DNA from: Planctomycetota bacterium
GTDB lineage: Bacteria; Planctomycetota; B15-G4; SIAN01
DNA: 64,000 nucleotides
Assembly: GCA_031409275.1 (NCBI GenBank)
Contig: JANNXA010000016.1
Location: forward strand, 160,001 to 224,000
Direction: 5' to 3'
Shown: in pieces, positions 29,995 to 40,789 of the stretch
Numbering within the stretch: position 1 is the first letter of the stretch
How the letters are laid out: the number at the start of each line of letters is the position of its first letter
Notes under the pieces: model-generated
The model's database searches: none
Told to the model about the DNA's origin: nothing
What the model saw: only the letters and a program-made list of their open reading frames with translations
Program-made: the position numbers and the translations under genes

Positions 29995-30073
29995 ATGACT
30001 CCCATGCAAGGCCGGCGGACGGGGCTCGTGAGCTCGATTCCCCGCCGACCGAAGTCGCGATGGGGAGTCGTTC

Positions 30074-32713
30074 ATGAATCCGCAGAAGTTGACCGAGAGC
30101 GTCCAGTCGGCGTTGCAGGCCGCGCAGGCCGAAGCGACGCGCCGCAGTCAGCAGGCGGTCGATGTCGAGCACCTCGCGCTCGCGCTGCTGCAGCAGGACG
30201 ACGGCCTCTTCCGCCGCCTCCTCGAGCGAATGGGGAGCGATCGCGCCTTCCTCGAAGGGTCGCTCGCCAAGGCGCTCGATCGAGCGCCGCGTGTGGCGGG
30301 ACCGGGCAGCGAACCGGGTCAGGTCTACGTCGCCCAGCGCCTCTCGAAGCTGCTCGTCGACGCCGACGACAAGCGCAAGCGGATGAACGACGACTTCGTC
30401 AGCGTCGAGCATGTCGTGCTCGCGATGATCGAGGAGAAGGGCGACGCAGCGGCCGCGCGCGCGTTGCGCGAAGCGGGCGTCACCGCGAAGGGATTCGAGT
30501 CGGCGCTGAAGCAGGTTCGCGGCAGCCAGCGCGTCACCTCGAGCAACCCCGAAGGAACCTACGACGCGCTCTCGAAGTACGGTCGCGATCTCGTCGCGCT
30601 CGCCCGCGAAGGCAAGATCGATCCGGTGATCGGCCGCGACGACGAGATCCGGCGCGTCATCCGGACCCTGTCGCGCCGCACCAAGAACAACCCGGTCCTC
30701 ATCGGCGCGCCAGGCGTCGGCAAGACCGCGATCGTCGAAGGGCTCGCGCAACGCATCGTCCGCGGCGACGTGCCCGAGGGGCTGCGCGACTGCACGGTCT
30801 ACGCGCTCGACATGGGAGCGCTGATCGCTGGCGCCAAGTTCCGCGGCGAATTCGAGGAGCGGCTGAAGGCGGTCCTCGCCGAGGTCAAGCAGGCCGCCGG
30901 CCGCATCATCCTCTTCATCGACGAGCTGCACACGATCGTCGGTGCCGGCAAGGCCGACGGCGCGATGGACGCCGGCAACATGCTGAAGCCGATGCTCGCC
31001 CGCGGCGAGCTGCACTGCATCGGCGCGACCACGCTCGATGAGTACCGCAAGCACATCGAGAAGGACGCCGCGCTCGAGCGGCGCTTCCAGACCGTGCTGG
31101 TCGAGGAGCCCAACGTCGACGACACGATCTCGATCCTGCGCGGGCTGCGCGAGCGCTTCGAGATCCACCACGGCGTCCGCATCCAGGACTCGGCGCTCGT
31201 CGCCGCGGCCACGCTCTCCCACCGCTACATCTCCGACCGCTTCCTGCCGGACAAGGCGATCGACCTCGTCGATGAGGCGGCCGCGGGCATCCGCATGGAG
31301 ATCACCTCCATGCCGACCGAGCTCGACGAAGTGACTCGCCGCGTGACCCAGCTCGAGATCGAGCGCGAAGCGCTGAAGAAGGAGAGCGACGCGGCCTCGA
31401 AGCAGCGCCTGGCCACGCTGCAGAAGGAGCTCGCCGAGCTGAAGGCCAAGGCCGACACGATGACCGCGCAGTGGAAGTCGGAGAAGGAGGGCATCGATGC
31501 GCTGAAGGTCGTGCGCGAGGAGATCGAGCGCACCAAGCAGCGCGTCGCCGAGGCGGAGCGCGGCTACGACCTCGAGAAGGCGGCGACTCTCAAGTACGGC
31601 CGCATGCCGGAACTCGAGCAGAAGCTGAAGGATCTCGAGAAGAAGACCGGCGGAACCAATGGCGGCGGCGCGCGTCTGCTGCGCGAAGAGGTCACGCCCG
31701 ACGAGATCGCCGAAGTCGTCGCGCGCTGGACCGGCATCCCGCTCACCAAGCTGATCGAGAGCGAGAAGCGGAAGCTCCTGCAGCTCGATCTGCACCTGCA
31801 TCAGCGCGTGATCGGCCAGGACGAAGCGGTGCGCGCCGTCGCGCAAGCGGTGTTGCGCGCGCGGGCGGGCCTGAAGGATCCCAAGCGCCCGACCGGCGTC
31901 TTCCTCTTCCTCGGACCGACCGGCGTCGGCAAGACGGAACTCGCGAAGGCCCTGGCCGAGCAGCTCTTCGACAGCGAGGAGTCGATGGTCCGCATCGACA
32001 TGTCGGAGTACCAGGAGAAGCACACGGTCGCGCGGCTGATCGGCGCGCCGCCGGGCTACGTCGGCTACGACGAAGGCGGCCAGCTCACCGAAGCGGTCCG
32101 TCGCAAGCCCTACTCGGTGGTCCTCTTCGACGAGGTCGAGAAGGCGCACAAGGACGTCTTCAACGTGCTGCTGCAGGTCTTCGACGATGGTCGCTTGACC
32201 GACAGCCAGGGTCGTACCGTCGACTTCAAGAACACCGTCGTGATCATGACCAGCAACCTTGGCAGCCAGCACCTCATGGAGGGCGTCGGCAAGGACGGCG
32301 AGCTGCGCGAGTCGGCCGCGAAGGAGGTCATGGAGGAGCTGCGCGCCCACTTCCGGCCGGAGTTCCTGAACCGCATCGACGAGACCGTGCTGTTCAAGCC
32401 GCTCACGCAGGAGCAGATCACGCGCATCGTCGACCTGCTGCTCCACGAGCTGAAGAAGCGGCTCGAGGATCGCCGCATCACGCTCGACCTGACTCCGAAG
32501 GCGCGCGAGCACATCGCCACCGAAGGCTACGACCCGCTCTACGGCGCGCGCCCGCTCAAGCGCTACTTGCAGAGCTCGCTCGAGAACCTGCTGGCGAAGA
32601 AGCTCATCGCCGGCGAGATCCCCGACGGCTCGAAGGTCACGGTGGATGCGGGCAAGTTCGAGCTCGAGGTGAAGGTCGAGAAGCCGAAGGAAGAGGCGGT
32701 GGCGAGCGCGTAG
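30074..32713 (+). CDS. clpB: ATP-dependent chaperone ClpB
   Basis: Two AAA+ modules ([16 protein letters not shown]), middle coiled coil, [16 protein letters not shown]. Confidence 0.97.
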   Translation: MNPQKLTESVQSALQAAQAEATRRSQQAVDVEHLALALLQQDDGLFRRLLERMGSDRAFLEGSLAKALDRAPRVAGPGSEPGQVYVAQRLSKLLVDADDKRKRMNDDFVSVEHVVLAMIEEKGDAAAARALREAGVTAKGFESALKQVRGSQRVTSSNPEGTYDALSKYGRDLVALAREGKIDPVIGRDDEIRRVIRTLSRRTKNNPVLIGAPGVGKTAIVEGLAQRIVRGDVPEGLRDCTVYALDMGALIAGAKFRGEFEERLKAVLAEVKQAAGRIILFIDELHTIVGAGKADGAMDAGNMLKPMLARGELHCIGATTLDEYRKHIEKDAALERRFQTVLVEEPNVDDTISILRGLRERFEIHHGVRIQDSALVAAATLSHRYISDRFLPDKAIDLVDEAAAGIRMEITSMPTELDEVTRRVTQLEIEREALKKESDAASKQRLATLQKELAELKAKADTMTAQWKSEKEGIDALKVVREEIERTKQRVAEAERGYDLEKAATLKYGRMPELEQKLKDLEKKTGGTNGGGARLLREEVTPDEIAEVVARWTGIPLTKLIESEKRKLLQLDLHLHQRVIGQDEAVRAVAQAVLRARAGLKDPKRPTGVFLFLGPTGVGKTELAKALAEQLFDSEESMVRIDMSEYQEKHTVARLIGAPPGYVGYDEGGQLTEAVRRKPYSVVLFDEVEKAHKDVFNVLLQVFDDGRLTDSQGRTVDFKNTVVIMTSNLGSQHLMEGVGKDGELRESAAKEVMEELRAHFRPEFLNRIDETVLFKPLTQEQITRIVDLLLHELKKRLEDRRITLDLTPKAREHIATEGYDPLYGARPLKRYLQSSLENLLAKKLIAGEIPDGSKVTVDAGKFELEVKVEKPKEEAVASA

Positions 32714-32820
32714 GCGGGGGGCGACGAGAGGCGAGCGGCAGCGGCAGCGGCGAGCGGCGCGCGCGCTGGCATGAGGCTATGGTGCCCGCGTCGCCGCTAC
32801 GCCTCGCGCACGGGATTGCC

Positions 32821-33048
32821 ATGGAGCATCGCCACCTCGACGTCGCACCGGGTCAGTGGTCCATCGCGATCGTGGATTCGATCCTCGAGCGCGGTGGCGC
32901 CAGCGACGTGCGCACGCTCCTCGCGGAACTGCAGCGCGACCCCTTCGGCCCGGCAGCGGTTGCCGCCGAAGCCGCCGCGGCGCGTTCGGCGGTGTACGGC
33001 TACCCGCAGCTGATCGCCGCGTGCCTGGAGAAGTGGCGCCGTGGTTGA
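32821..33048 (+). CDS. Small putative antitoxin-like protein
   Basis: MEHRHLDV..WSIAIVDSILERG; overlaps the start of the downstream nucleotidyltransferase-like gene. Confidence 0.55.
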   Translation: MEHRHLDVAPGQWSIAIVDSILERGGASDVRTLLAELQRDPFGPAAVAAEAAAARSAVYGYPQLIAACLEKWRRG

Positions 33049-33620
33049 CCCGCCGATCGACTGGGAGGAGGTGCTGCGCGCGGCGGCGGAGCTGCAGGGG
33101 CTCGTTCCCGGTGCGGTGCTGGTCGGCGGCACCGCAGCGGCGCTGCATGCGAGGCTTCGTCCTCGGTGACTTCATGGGCGTCGAGACCGGACTTCGGCAG
33201 TTGCGCCGCTCGCTCCCGCTGGAGACGACGACGCTCGTGACGCCCGGCGGCCCCGTCGTCGTGCCGACGCCGGCCGAGATGTTGCGCGTCAAGGGTTGGC
33301 TGATCGTCTCGCGCAACGCGACGCGCGACACCATCGACTTCGCAGCGCTCGCGCACCATCTCGGCGCCGACGCCACCCGTGCCTCGCTTTCCGGATTCGA
33401 TCAGGCGTACCAAGACATCGATCGCGCGGAGAAGCAGCGCGACGTCTCGCCACTGCTCCAGATGGCTCGCCAACTCGCGGCGCCGCTCCCCAATGATCTC
33501 GCCGGACTCGATGTCGCGAACTACAAGGGGATCGTCGCGCCTTGGAATCGCTGGGAAGTGATCGCGGCTCAGTGCCGTGAAGTCTCCGTCTGGGTCGTGG
33601 AGACGCGTCCGGCGACGTGA
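33041..33620 (+). pseudogene. AbiEii-like nucleotidyltransferase toxin, internally deleted and frameshifted
   Basis: Frame from 33041: VVDPPIDWEEVLRAAAELQGLVPGAVLVGGTAAALHA, stop at 33167; another frame resumes at ~33153 with VLGDFMGVETGLRQL..EMLRVKGWLIVSRNATRDTIDFAAL. Confidence 0.7.
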
Positions 33621-33646
33621 CGAGTGAAGCCGCGGTCGAGCGGCGG

Positions 33647-35359
33647 CTACTTCTCGAGTGTGGCCATCGAGGCCGCGTCGGCGACATGGCGGTTGGCGGC
33701 CGCCTGCAGCCGCTCGTAGAGACGACCGATCGCAGCAAGCTCCTCGGCGGTGAGAGGGCGCGCGCCGCGTTGCCCCGATTCGAACTCCTCCTTGGATCGC
33801 GAGCCGTAGCGGTAGTAGGTGAGTTCGCCACGGCCTTCGGTCATCTGCCAGCGCGCCAGCGACGGCAACCCGCCGACGCTGCCAAGCTCGGCGATCCGAT
33901 CCCTCGCCCGCGCCGAAGCCTCTCGGATCCGCTTCATCGGGGCCAACCGCTCCTCGGAATCACCCTCCGGGACGGGAGCGTCGGCGAACTGCCCCTCCTG
34001 CAAGTTGAGCTGCAACATCCCCGCGTTCACGCCGCTTCTCCCGGCGAACACGTTCACCACCAGCAACGGATTGATGGCGCTCGTGTCACCGAGCTGCGCC
34101 GTGAACTCCTCCCGCAGCGGTCCCAGCGGTGCCATCAGCGTGACGCGGCCACGCCCATCGGGTGTGCCCTCGACGTCGGCGAAGAGGACCGATGCTGCAC
34201 CGCTCGAGTTCTCGTACGCCAGCGTCCAGCCAGTGGCGCGGCCGTCGAAGCCCTCGAGCGTCGACTCGAGCGAACCGCGCACCACCCACGCGGTCGCTTC
34301 GCAGGCCTCGAGGTAATCGAGCAGCGCGAGCAAGTCGAGCGAGTCGGTCGTCAAGCCGCGCAACAACGCCTTCATCTCCGGACCGAGATCCTCGACGACG
34401 TTCCCGCCTTCGAAGAGGTTCGCGTTCGTGAGCGTCTCACGCAGCTTCGCCATTCGCGGCGAGAGCGGCGCGGTCTGCGGTTCGTCGCTCGGGGACGCGA
34501 GCTCGGTCTCGTCGCGGTCTTCGGATGGCAGCAGCTGCCGCTCGGCGACGGTCGGTTCGCCGATCGCGCTCGACGCAGGGACGGGCGCAGCCGCCGCGGC
34601 AACTTCGTTCCCGCGCTCCGTCGGCTCATCGGGCCCCCATCGCTGCCAGCCCATCCAACTGCTCGCCGCCACGACCGCGGCCACCACCGCCAGCTTCGTC
34701 TTCATCGCGATCCCCACCACGCCCACTGCGCCCGTTGCACTCGCCACACCCGCCGCCGCGCTCACCGCGGCCACCACGCCCTCGGCGACCGGCTCCACCC
34801 ACCACACCAACGCCTCGAGTCCGCGCCGCCGCGCGCCGCCTGCCGTCTCGACGTCGAGCGTTCGCGCCAGCCGCTCGCGCAGTTGCGCCAACCCGCGCTT
34901 CAGCCGCGTGCGCACCGTCTCCACCGGCTCGCCACTGCGGCGCGCGATCTCGTCCGCCGACCGCTCCTCGAAAAAGCGGAGCAGCACGGTCGAGCGATAG
35001 GGCTCCGCGAGCGCCAGCACGGCATCGACGACGGCGCGCTGCAGCTCGGCGCGCGCGATCAGTTCGACGCTCGACGGCAGCGATTCATCGACCGCCGCCT
35101 TCCGCTCGCGAGCGGCGCGCCGGTCATCGCTGCGCATCCTTCGGCGCACGACGCTGCGGGCGATGGCCGCCAACCACCCGCGCACGCGCGCCGCCTCGCG
35201 CGGCGCTCGTGGCCATGCGGTCAGCAGCGTCTGCTGCGCGACGTCTTCTGCGTCCGCGTCGTCCGCGCAAAGCCGGCCAGCCAGACGGCGCACCCATACC
35301 ACCTGCGCCAGCAGCAGCTCGGGTGCAAAGTCGTCATGGCTCGAGACGGCGTCACTCAT
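33647..35359 (-). CDS. ECF sigma factor fused to a transmembrane segment and C-terminal extracytoplasmic domain
   Basis: Region 2 DAEDVAQQT..WLAAIAR; region 4 LLRFFEERSADEIA..TVRTRLKRG; hydrophobic MKTKLAVVAAVVAA segment. Confidence 0.85.
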   Translation of the reverse strand: MSDAVSSHDDFAPELLLAQVVWVRRLAGRLCADDADAEDVAQQTLLTAWPRAPREAARVRGWLAAIARSVVRRRMRSDDRRAARERKAAVDESLPSSVELIARAELQRAVVDAVLALAEPYRSTVLLRFFEERSADEIARRSGEPVETVRTRLKRGLAQLRERLARTLDVETAGGARRRGLEALVWWVEPVAEGVVAAVSAAAGVASATGAVGVVGIAMKTKLAVVAAVVAASSWMGWQRWGPDEPTERGNEVAAAAAPVPASSAIGEPTVAERQLLPSEDRDETELASPSDEPQTAPLSPRMAKLRETLTNANLFEGGNVVEDLGPEMKALLRGLTTDSLDLLALLDYLEACEATAWVVRGSLESTLEGFDGRATGWTLAYENSSGAASVLFADVEGTPDGRGRVTLMAPLGPLREEFTAQLGDTSAINPLLVVNVFAGRSGVNAGMLQLNLQEGQFADAPVPEGDSEERLAPMKRIREASARARDRIAELGSVGGLPSLARWQMTEGRGELTYYRYGSRSKEEFESGQRGARPLTAEELAAIGRLYERLQAAANRHVADAASMATLEK

Positions 35360-35369
35360 GGTTGCTCCG

Positions 35370-35398
35370 AAGAGCCCGCTCGCGGCCGTGTCGGTTCA
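35370..35398 (-). promoter_or_regulatory. Possible ECF-type autoregulatory promoter
   Basis: Minus strand TGAACC-N17-GCTCTT directly upstream of the ECF start. Confidence 0.3.
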
Positions 35399-35444
35399 AC
35401 GATGGTGCGCAGAACGTAGCTCCGCCGCCGTCGGTTCCTCCCCC

Positions 35445-36686
35445 TCACCGCCCCGCCGCGGCCGCTCTCGCCGCCAGCGGCGCGAGATCGCCGCGCCCCT
35501 TCCCCTTGTCGAGCGCGGCGCGGTAGAGCTTCGCGACCCCCTTCCAATCGGGCGCTTTTCCGCCGCGCGCGGCGCGTTGCGCCGACCGCTCGGCGGCGAG
35601 CGCGGCGCCCACCGCCTTCTCGAACGCGGCGCGCTGCGTGATGGTGCGCTCGATGGTTGCGACCGCCGCCGGCGCGGTGACGCGGCCGCGCAGCGCCGCC
35701 ACCTGGTTGCGCAGCGCCGCTTCCACCTCGCTGCCGTCGAACTCCTGCAGCGCCGCGCGAGCGAGCTGCAACGCCTCCTCGGCCGTGGACTCGGCGATCG
35801 CCTTCTCGACCTGCGCCAGCGCCGCCTTCGCATCGGCATGCCACCGCAGCAGCAACCGCTGACGCTCCCCCTCGTAGAGCTCGACGAGGTCCGCGCGCCC
35901 TTTGGCGTTGCGCAGTGCGGCTCGCTCCTTCTTCGTCGCCTCGGAATCGGCGAGGCGCGCCAGATCGACCGCCAGCGCGCCGCGCACGCCGAGCTTCGCG
36001 CAGAGCTCGTAGCCGTCGGACAGCTCGAGCAGTTCGGCTAGCGGCCCGACCCGCAGACGGTTGCGCGAGACCACACGATCGCCGCGCCGCAGCACGCCAT
36101 CGGCGCTTGGCGCCTCGACGAAGCGAAACGGCAGGCTCTTGCCGCGCCGCGACTGCTCGCGCCGATCAACGTGGAGGTGCGGCGCTTCCGACTTGCCGGT
36201 GTTGCCCGAGAATCCGATCGCGTCGCCGGCCAGCACTTCGTCGCCGACGGCGACGCTCGCACCGTCCCGCATCAGGTGGAGGTAGACGTTGACCGATCCA
36301 TCGGCGAGCTCGATGGCGACCTCGTTGTTGTCTTCGATCCGCCCGGTCGGGCCCGCCGTGTCCTCTTTCACGTACACGACTTTGCCCGACGCCATCGCGT
36401 GGATCGGCGTGCCGACTGGCAGCGGCGAGAAGTCGATCGCGTTCCAGTTCCAGACGTCGCTGTGGGAGCCCTCGCCGTTGCCGAGGAAGACGGTCACCTC
36501 GCAGCCGAGCGCCAGGGGCACGTAGCAGAGCGGGGCGTCGACAGCCACGGCATCCTGCGGCGCTGCCTCTCGCGATCCGCCGCGCGTCGCACTCCGCGCG
36601 ACCGGCGTGGCGCTCCAGAGGAGCAGCGTGCCGACGAGCGCCGCGAATCGGGCGATCGAAGTTGGCGAGTCGTCGCGTCGCGTCAT
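35445..36686 (-). CDS. M23 family metallopeptidase with helical C-terminal domain
   Basis: SHSDVWNWNAIDF; YLHL; SGNTGKSEAPHLH; signal peptide. Confidence 0.85.
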   Translation of the reverse strand: MTRRDDSPTSIARFAALVGTLLLWSATPVARSATRGGSREAAPQDAVAVDAPLCYVPLALGCEVTVFLGNGEGSHSDVWNWNAIDFSPLPVGTPIHAMASGKVVYVKEDTAGPTGRIEDNNEVAIELADGSVNVYLHLMRDGASVAVGDEVLAGDAIGFSGNTGKSEAPHLHVDRREQSRRGKSLPFRFVEAPSADGVLRRGDRVVSRNRLRVGPLAELLELSDGYELCAKLGVRGALAVDLARLADSEATKKERAALRNAKGRADLVELYEGERQRLLLRWHADAKAALAQVEKAIAESTAEEALQLARAALQEFDGSEVEAALRNQVAALRGRVTAPAAVATIERTITQRAAFEKAVGAALAAERSAQRAARGGKAPDWKGVAKLYRAALDKGKGRGDLAPLAARAAAAGR

Positions 36687-36845
36687 TCCTCTGTCTCCCA
36701 ACCCTCAAGCTACCCCGCCCGCGCGAACGCACGGTGACGCGAGCATCGACGCGGATGTCGCCAAACCAGCAGGCGTGGCATGCTGCGGCGCTCGCGTAAA
36801 AGGACGGTGCCGCCAACGCCGACCGCACGCCACGGGAGTCGCGTC

Positions 36846-38237
36846 ATGCGCCCTGCTCCGAACGCACGGTGTCCGCTGGTTCGACGCGCTGCCCTCGGAG
36901 CATCGTGCACCGTCGCGCTGCTGACGCTGACACGCGTCGCATCGGCAGGCGATCCGCCGACGGCCGCGCAGGCCGCGCCTGAGGCGAGGCCCGAGGTCCT
37001 GCCGGCCAAGGACGCCGACTTCGTGAAAGCGGTCAATCGCGCGGTCGACCTCGCCGACGCGTGGCTCGCCAGGCAGCAACAGCCCGACGGCGGCTACGGC
37101 GATTTCCGATCGCACGGCGAGCGCAACTACGTCGCTGGAACGACGGCGCTGGCCGCGCTCGCTCGCATCGCAGCCGGCGAGAACCAGTACAGCGAGCCGC
37201 TCGAACGCAGCTACGCCTTCCTCAAGTCGCACCCGCCGAAGTACACCTACGAGGTCGGCCTCACGCTGATGGCGTTCGACGCTCGTTGCGCCCCCGTCGG
37301 CGAGTGGCAACAGGTCGAGCGCATGAGCTCGGCGGACCTGGCGAAGTACGCCTTTCCGCGCAGCCTGCAGCCGGGCGATCGCGACTACCTGCAGCCGCTG
37401 GTGGAGCGGCTGGTCAAGGAGCGCTCCGCCGAGTGCTGGAGCTACGGCAACTACGGCACCGGCTTTTCCGCCCACAGCGCCGACATGAGCAACACGCAAT
37501 ATGCGGCGCTCGGGCTGAAAGCGGCCTCGCGCCTCGGACTCGACTTCGACCGCAAGCTCTTCGCCGACCTGCTCGACTACGTGCTCGACCATCAGGAGAC
37601 GAAGGGCACGCCGGTGAAGCTCATCGACGTCGAGGAAGGCAAGGACGGCAAGACCAAGGAGTACGCGCGCAAGGTCGATGCCCGCGGCTTCGGCTACACC
37701 TACGGAATGCGGGATGGAGCCGAGATCGCCGGATCGCGCGCGTGCATCGCGATCGCCTGCATCCAGCTCTCGCTCGACGAACTGCTGACCAAGGGCAAAG
37801 GCGAAGCGCTGGCGCGGGCCCGCAGACGGCGCAAGGAGGCCGCGGTCGCCATCGACTCGCAGCTCGCCTGGTTGCAGGAACACTTCTCGGTCACGAGCAA
37901 CCCGACAGGCGACGGCGGCCCCGGCTTCGGTGGTCCAGGCGGTCCACCCGGCCGCCCTCCCGGTGGCGGCCAACCCGGTGGCGCCGCCGGCCAGGGCGCG
38001 GGGTTCCTCTACTACTACCTCTACGCCATGGAGCGCGTCGGCGCGCTGACCCACCGCAAGTGGATCGGACGCCACGACTGGTACCGCGAAGGTGCCGACG
38101 AGCTGATCCGCCGGCAGAACGCGGACGGCTCGTTTCCGTCCGCGAGTTGGGATGACCCGCTCTGCGACACCTGCTTCGCGTTGCTGTTCCTGAAGCGCGC
38201 GACGCTGCGCAGCTCCGTGACGAGCGGCGAGCGGTGA
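36846..38237 (+). CDS. Secreted prenyltransferase/squalene-cyclase-repeat (alpha/alpha toroid) protein
   Basis: WLARQQQPDGGY; DMSNTQYAALGL; YYYLYAMERVG; RQNADGSF; TCFALLFL. Confidence 0.8.
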   Translation: MRPAPNARCPLVRRAALGASCTVALLTLTRVASAGDPPTAAQAAPEARPEVLPAKDADFVKAVNRAVDLADAWLARQQQPDGGYGDFRSHGERNYVAGTTALAALARIAAGENQYSEPLERSYAFLKSHPPKYTYEVGLTLMAFDARCAPVGEWQQVERMSSADLAKYAFPRSLQPGDRDYLQPLVERLVKERSAECWSYGNYGTGFSAHSADMSNTQYAALGLKAASRLGLDFDRKLFADLLDYVLDHQETKGTPVKLIDVEEGKDGKTKEYARKVDARGFGYTYGMRDGAEIAGSRACIAIACIQLSLDELLTKGKGEALARARRRRKEAAVAIDSQLAWLQEHFSVTSNPTGDGGPGFGGPGGPPGRPPGGGQPGGAAGQGAGFLYYYLYAMERVGALTHRKWIGRHDWYREGADELIRRQNADGSFPSASWDDPLCDTCFALLFLKRATLRSSVTSGER

Positions 38238-38295
38238 TCTCGGTGATTCCCATCGCTGGTGACGCTCCCCACTCACTGCGCGCGCAGCCGCCCTC

Positions 38296-39756
38296 GTGAG
38301 CGATGCGTCGATCGACGCCGCTCGCGCCCTGCTGCCCGCTTGGGTCGGCTGGAGCAACCTGGCATTGCTGCCGGCGATGGTCGCCGTTGCCGCGGCTTCG
38401 ACCTGGCTCGTCACCCGGTTGGCGACGCGCCTGCTTCGACGTACCGCGGGAATCGACTCGATGGCTCCCGACCAGCGCGCCGCACTGGTCGGACCGGTGC
38501 GTGCCGCGGTCCGGGACTTCCGATGGAAAGCGGCGCTCATGCTGCCGCTCTTCACCCTGCCGCTGAGTGACGACCTGACGTTCCTCACCACGGAGTGGGT
38601 GGCGCTGATCGGCGCCGCGGCGATCGTCTGGGTGACCGGCGCCGCCAGCGCGCCACTGCGCCGGTTCACGCCCGCCGCACGCTTCAGTGCCGTCGAGCGT
38701 CGGCGCGTCACCCTCTTCTTCGCGGTTGGACACGCACCCGTCGCTCTCATCGTCACGCTTGCCATCGCCATCGATCCATCCCGCCCGCTGGCGTCGACTC
38801 TCCTGACGCTGATCGGGATCGTCGCCGGCCTGGCGATGAGCGATCGAGCGCGGCTCGCGCTTTTCCGTCGCGCCGGCATCACGCGACCGCCGCCGCCGAA
38901 TCTCGTCGCAGCGGTCGCCGACGCGGCGCGGGAGTGCGGGGTCGCGCCGCCCCATCTCCTCGAAGCGGATCTGCCCGTTGCCAACAGCCTCGCGCTTCCA
39001 TCGAAGCACACGCTCGTGGTGACCCGTCGCTGTGTCGAGCTTTGGAATCCCCTGCAGCTCACGGCCTTCTGCGCTCATCAGCTCCGCGAATTCACGCCGC
39101 GGCACAGGACCCGCGCGAGCGTGTTCGTCGCAGCACTCAGCCTCTTGTCGATCGTCTTCATGCGACCGCTCGCTCACTGGATCGGCGCGCTGTCGACGCT
39201 GTTGGTGATCGCCGTCCTCGTGCTCGGCATGAGATGGCTCGAGCGCGTCGGCAAGCGCCGGGCCCCGGGCGACGCGGAACCGCCGGCGTCGGGGGTCGAG
39301 CGCGAAGCCGACGCCTACGAGCAAGCGCTCGCGCTCCGTGATCGCGACGCGGAAATCGTCCGGCCACCGCGCAAGGGAACGGTGGCGGCGCATCCGTCGC
39401 CATCGCGGCGATCCCTCCTGCTGGCGAAACTCGCGGGCTCGCTGGTCTTGGCGCCATGCGTGCTGGCGCCGGTCTACTTCGCCATGGTGACCGCGATCCT
39501 GCCCTACGCGATGCTGCCGTGGCCGCGCGACCTCTCCCTCGCGCTCGGCCAAGGCACGAGCGGCGAGCTCTTCGCGCGTTTCCAAGCCGCGGCGGAGGCA
39601 GGGGACGAGGCGGGTGCCGACGTGCTGGTGGCGGCCGCAGCGGCGCTGGCATCTCGAGATGAGTCCAACGGCTGGTTCGATCTCATGGTCCGCTTCGGCG
39701 TGGTCAAGGTGATCCCGTTCGACCCAGAGACTCCCGACTCGCCGGGCGAACGTTAG
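38296..39756 (+). CDS. Integral membrane protein with degenerate M48/HtpX-like domain
   Basis: Multiple TM segments; ANSLAL..LVVT..QLTAFCAHQLRE in place of HExxH; EREADAY. Confidence 0.55.
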   Translation: MSDASIDAARALLPAWVGWSNLALLPAMVAVAAASTWLVTRLATRLLRRTAGIDSMAPDQRAALVGPVRAAVRDFRWKAALMLPLFTLPLSDDLTFLTTEWVALIGAAAIVWVTGAASAPLRRFTPAARFSAVERRRVTLFFAVGHAPVALIVTLAIAIDPSRPLASTLLTLIGIVAGLAMSDRARLALFRRAGITRPPPPNLVAAVADAARECGVAPPHLLEADLPVANSLALPSKHTLVVTRRCVELWNPLQLTAFCAHQLREFTPRHRTRASVFVAALSLLSIVFMRPLAHWIGALSTLLVIAVLVLGMRWLERVGKRRAPGDAEPPASGVEREADAYEQALALRDRDAEIVRPPRKGTVAAHPSPSRRSLLLAKLAGSLVLAPCVLAPVYFAMVTAILPYAMLPWPRDLSLALGQGTSGELFARFQAAAEAGDEAGADVLVAAAAALASRDESNGWFDLMVRFGVVKVIPFDPETPDSPGER

Positions 39757-39811
39757 AAGTGGGCCGCGATCGATCGGTTGATTCGCTGGAGAATTCGGAC
39801 ACGATGCGACC

Positions 39812-40789
39812 ATGAGCGTCCGCAAACGGCTCTTGTCGGTCGTCGTGCCCTGCTTCAACGAGGAAGCGGTGCTGGCGCTCACGCACCGGCGGTTGCTCGA
39901 AAGCCTCGGCAACCAGGCGGAGTTCGACCTCGAGATCGTCTACGTCGACGACGGCAGCCGCGACCGCACCGAGCAGATCTTGTTCGATCTCGCCGACCAG
40001 GATGCGCGCGTCACGGTCGTCTCCTTCACGCGCAACTTCGGCCACCAACCGGCGGTCTCGGCGGGAATGCGGCAGGCGACCGGCGACGCCGTCGCGGTGA
40101 TCGACGCCGACCTGCAGGATCCGCCGGAAGTGATCCTGCGGCTAGTCGACCAGTGGCGCGAGGGATTCGACGTCGTCAACGCCGTGCGCCAGCACCGGAA
40201 GGAGGGTTTCGCCAAGCGCTTCGCGTACGCGATCTTCTATCGCGTGTACCAACGGCTCGCGAGCATCGACGTGCCGCTCGACAGCGGCGACTTCGCGCTG
40301 ATGGATCGGCGCGTCGTCGATGTCATGAACGCGCTGCCGGAGAAGAATCGCTTCGTGCGAGGGCTGCGCAGCTGGTCGGGCTTCCGCCAGACCAGCGTCG
40401 TCTACGAACGCCAATCGCGCGCCGCCGGCGAGACGAAGTACAGCTTCCGCAAGCTCGTCGGTCTCGCCTTCGACGGCATCGTCAACTTCTCGACCGCGCC
40501 GTTGAGCCTGATCTTCGGGCTCGGCGCAGTGACCGCGGCGCTGGCGCTGGTGGCCGGCGCGCTCTACCTCTTCTGTCGCATCGTCGAGATCCCGATCTTC
40601 GGCTACACCCCCGGCCAGGCGCCCGGCTTCACGACGCTGATCCTCGTGATCCTCTTCTTCAGCGGCGTGCAGCTCATCTCGATCGGGATCCTCGGCGAGT
40701 ACCTCGGCCGCATCTATCAGGAGACCAAGATGCGACCGACCTATGTCGTCAAGGAAGTGCACCGACGACGCGACACGAGCGAGACGTAG
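39812..40789 (+). CDS. GT2 polyprenol-phosphate glycosyltransferase (GtrB/DPM1-like)
   Basis: SVVVPCFNEE; DDGSRD; RNFGHQ; IDADLQDPP; GDFALMDR; two C-terminal TMs; GEYLGRIY. Confidence 0.92.
   Translation: MSVRKRLLSVVVPCFNEEAVLALTHRRLLESLGNQAEFDLEIVYVDDGSRDRTEQILFDLADQDARVTVVSFTRNFGHQPAVSAGMRQATGDAVAVIDADLQDPPEVILRLVDQWREGFDVVNAVRQHRKEGFAKRFAYAIFYRVYQRLASIDVPLDSGDFALMDRRVVDVMNALPEKNRFVRGLRSWSGFRQTSVVYERQSRAAGETKYSFRKLVGLAFDGIVNFSTAPLSLIFGLGAVTAALALVAGALYLFCRIVEIPIFGYTPGQAPGFTTLILVILFFSGVQLISIGILGEYLGRIYQETKMRPTYVVKEVHRRRDTSET

Noticed and set aside
34637..34657. WMGWQRW (WxxWxxW) in the ECF protein as a C-mannosylation acceptor
   Set aside because: It sits at the end of a TM helix where Trp is expected; a single instance is not evidence
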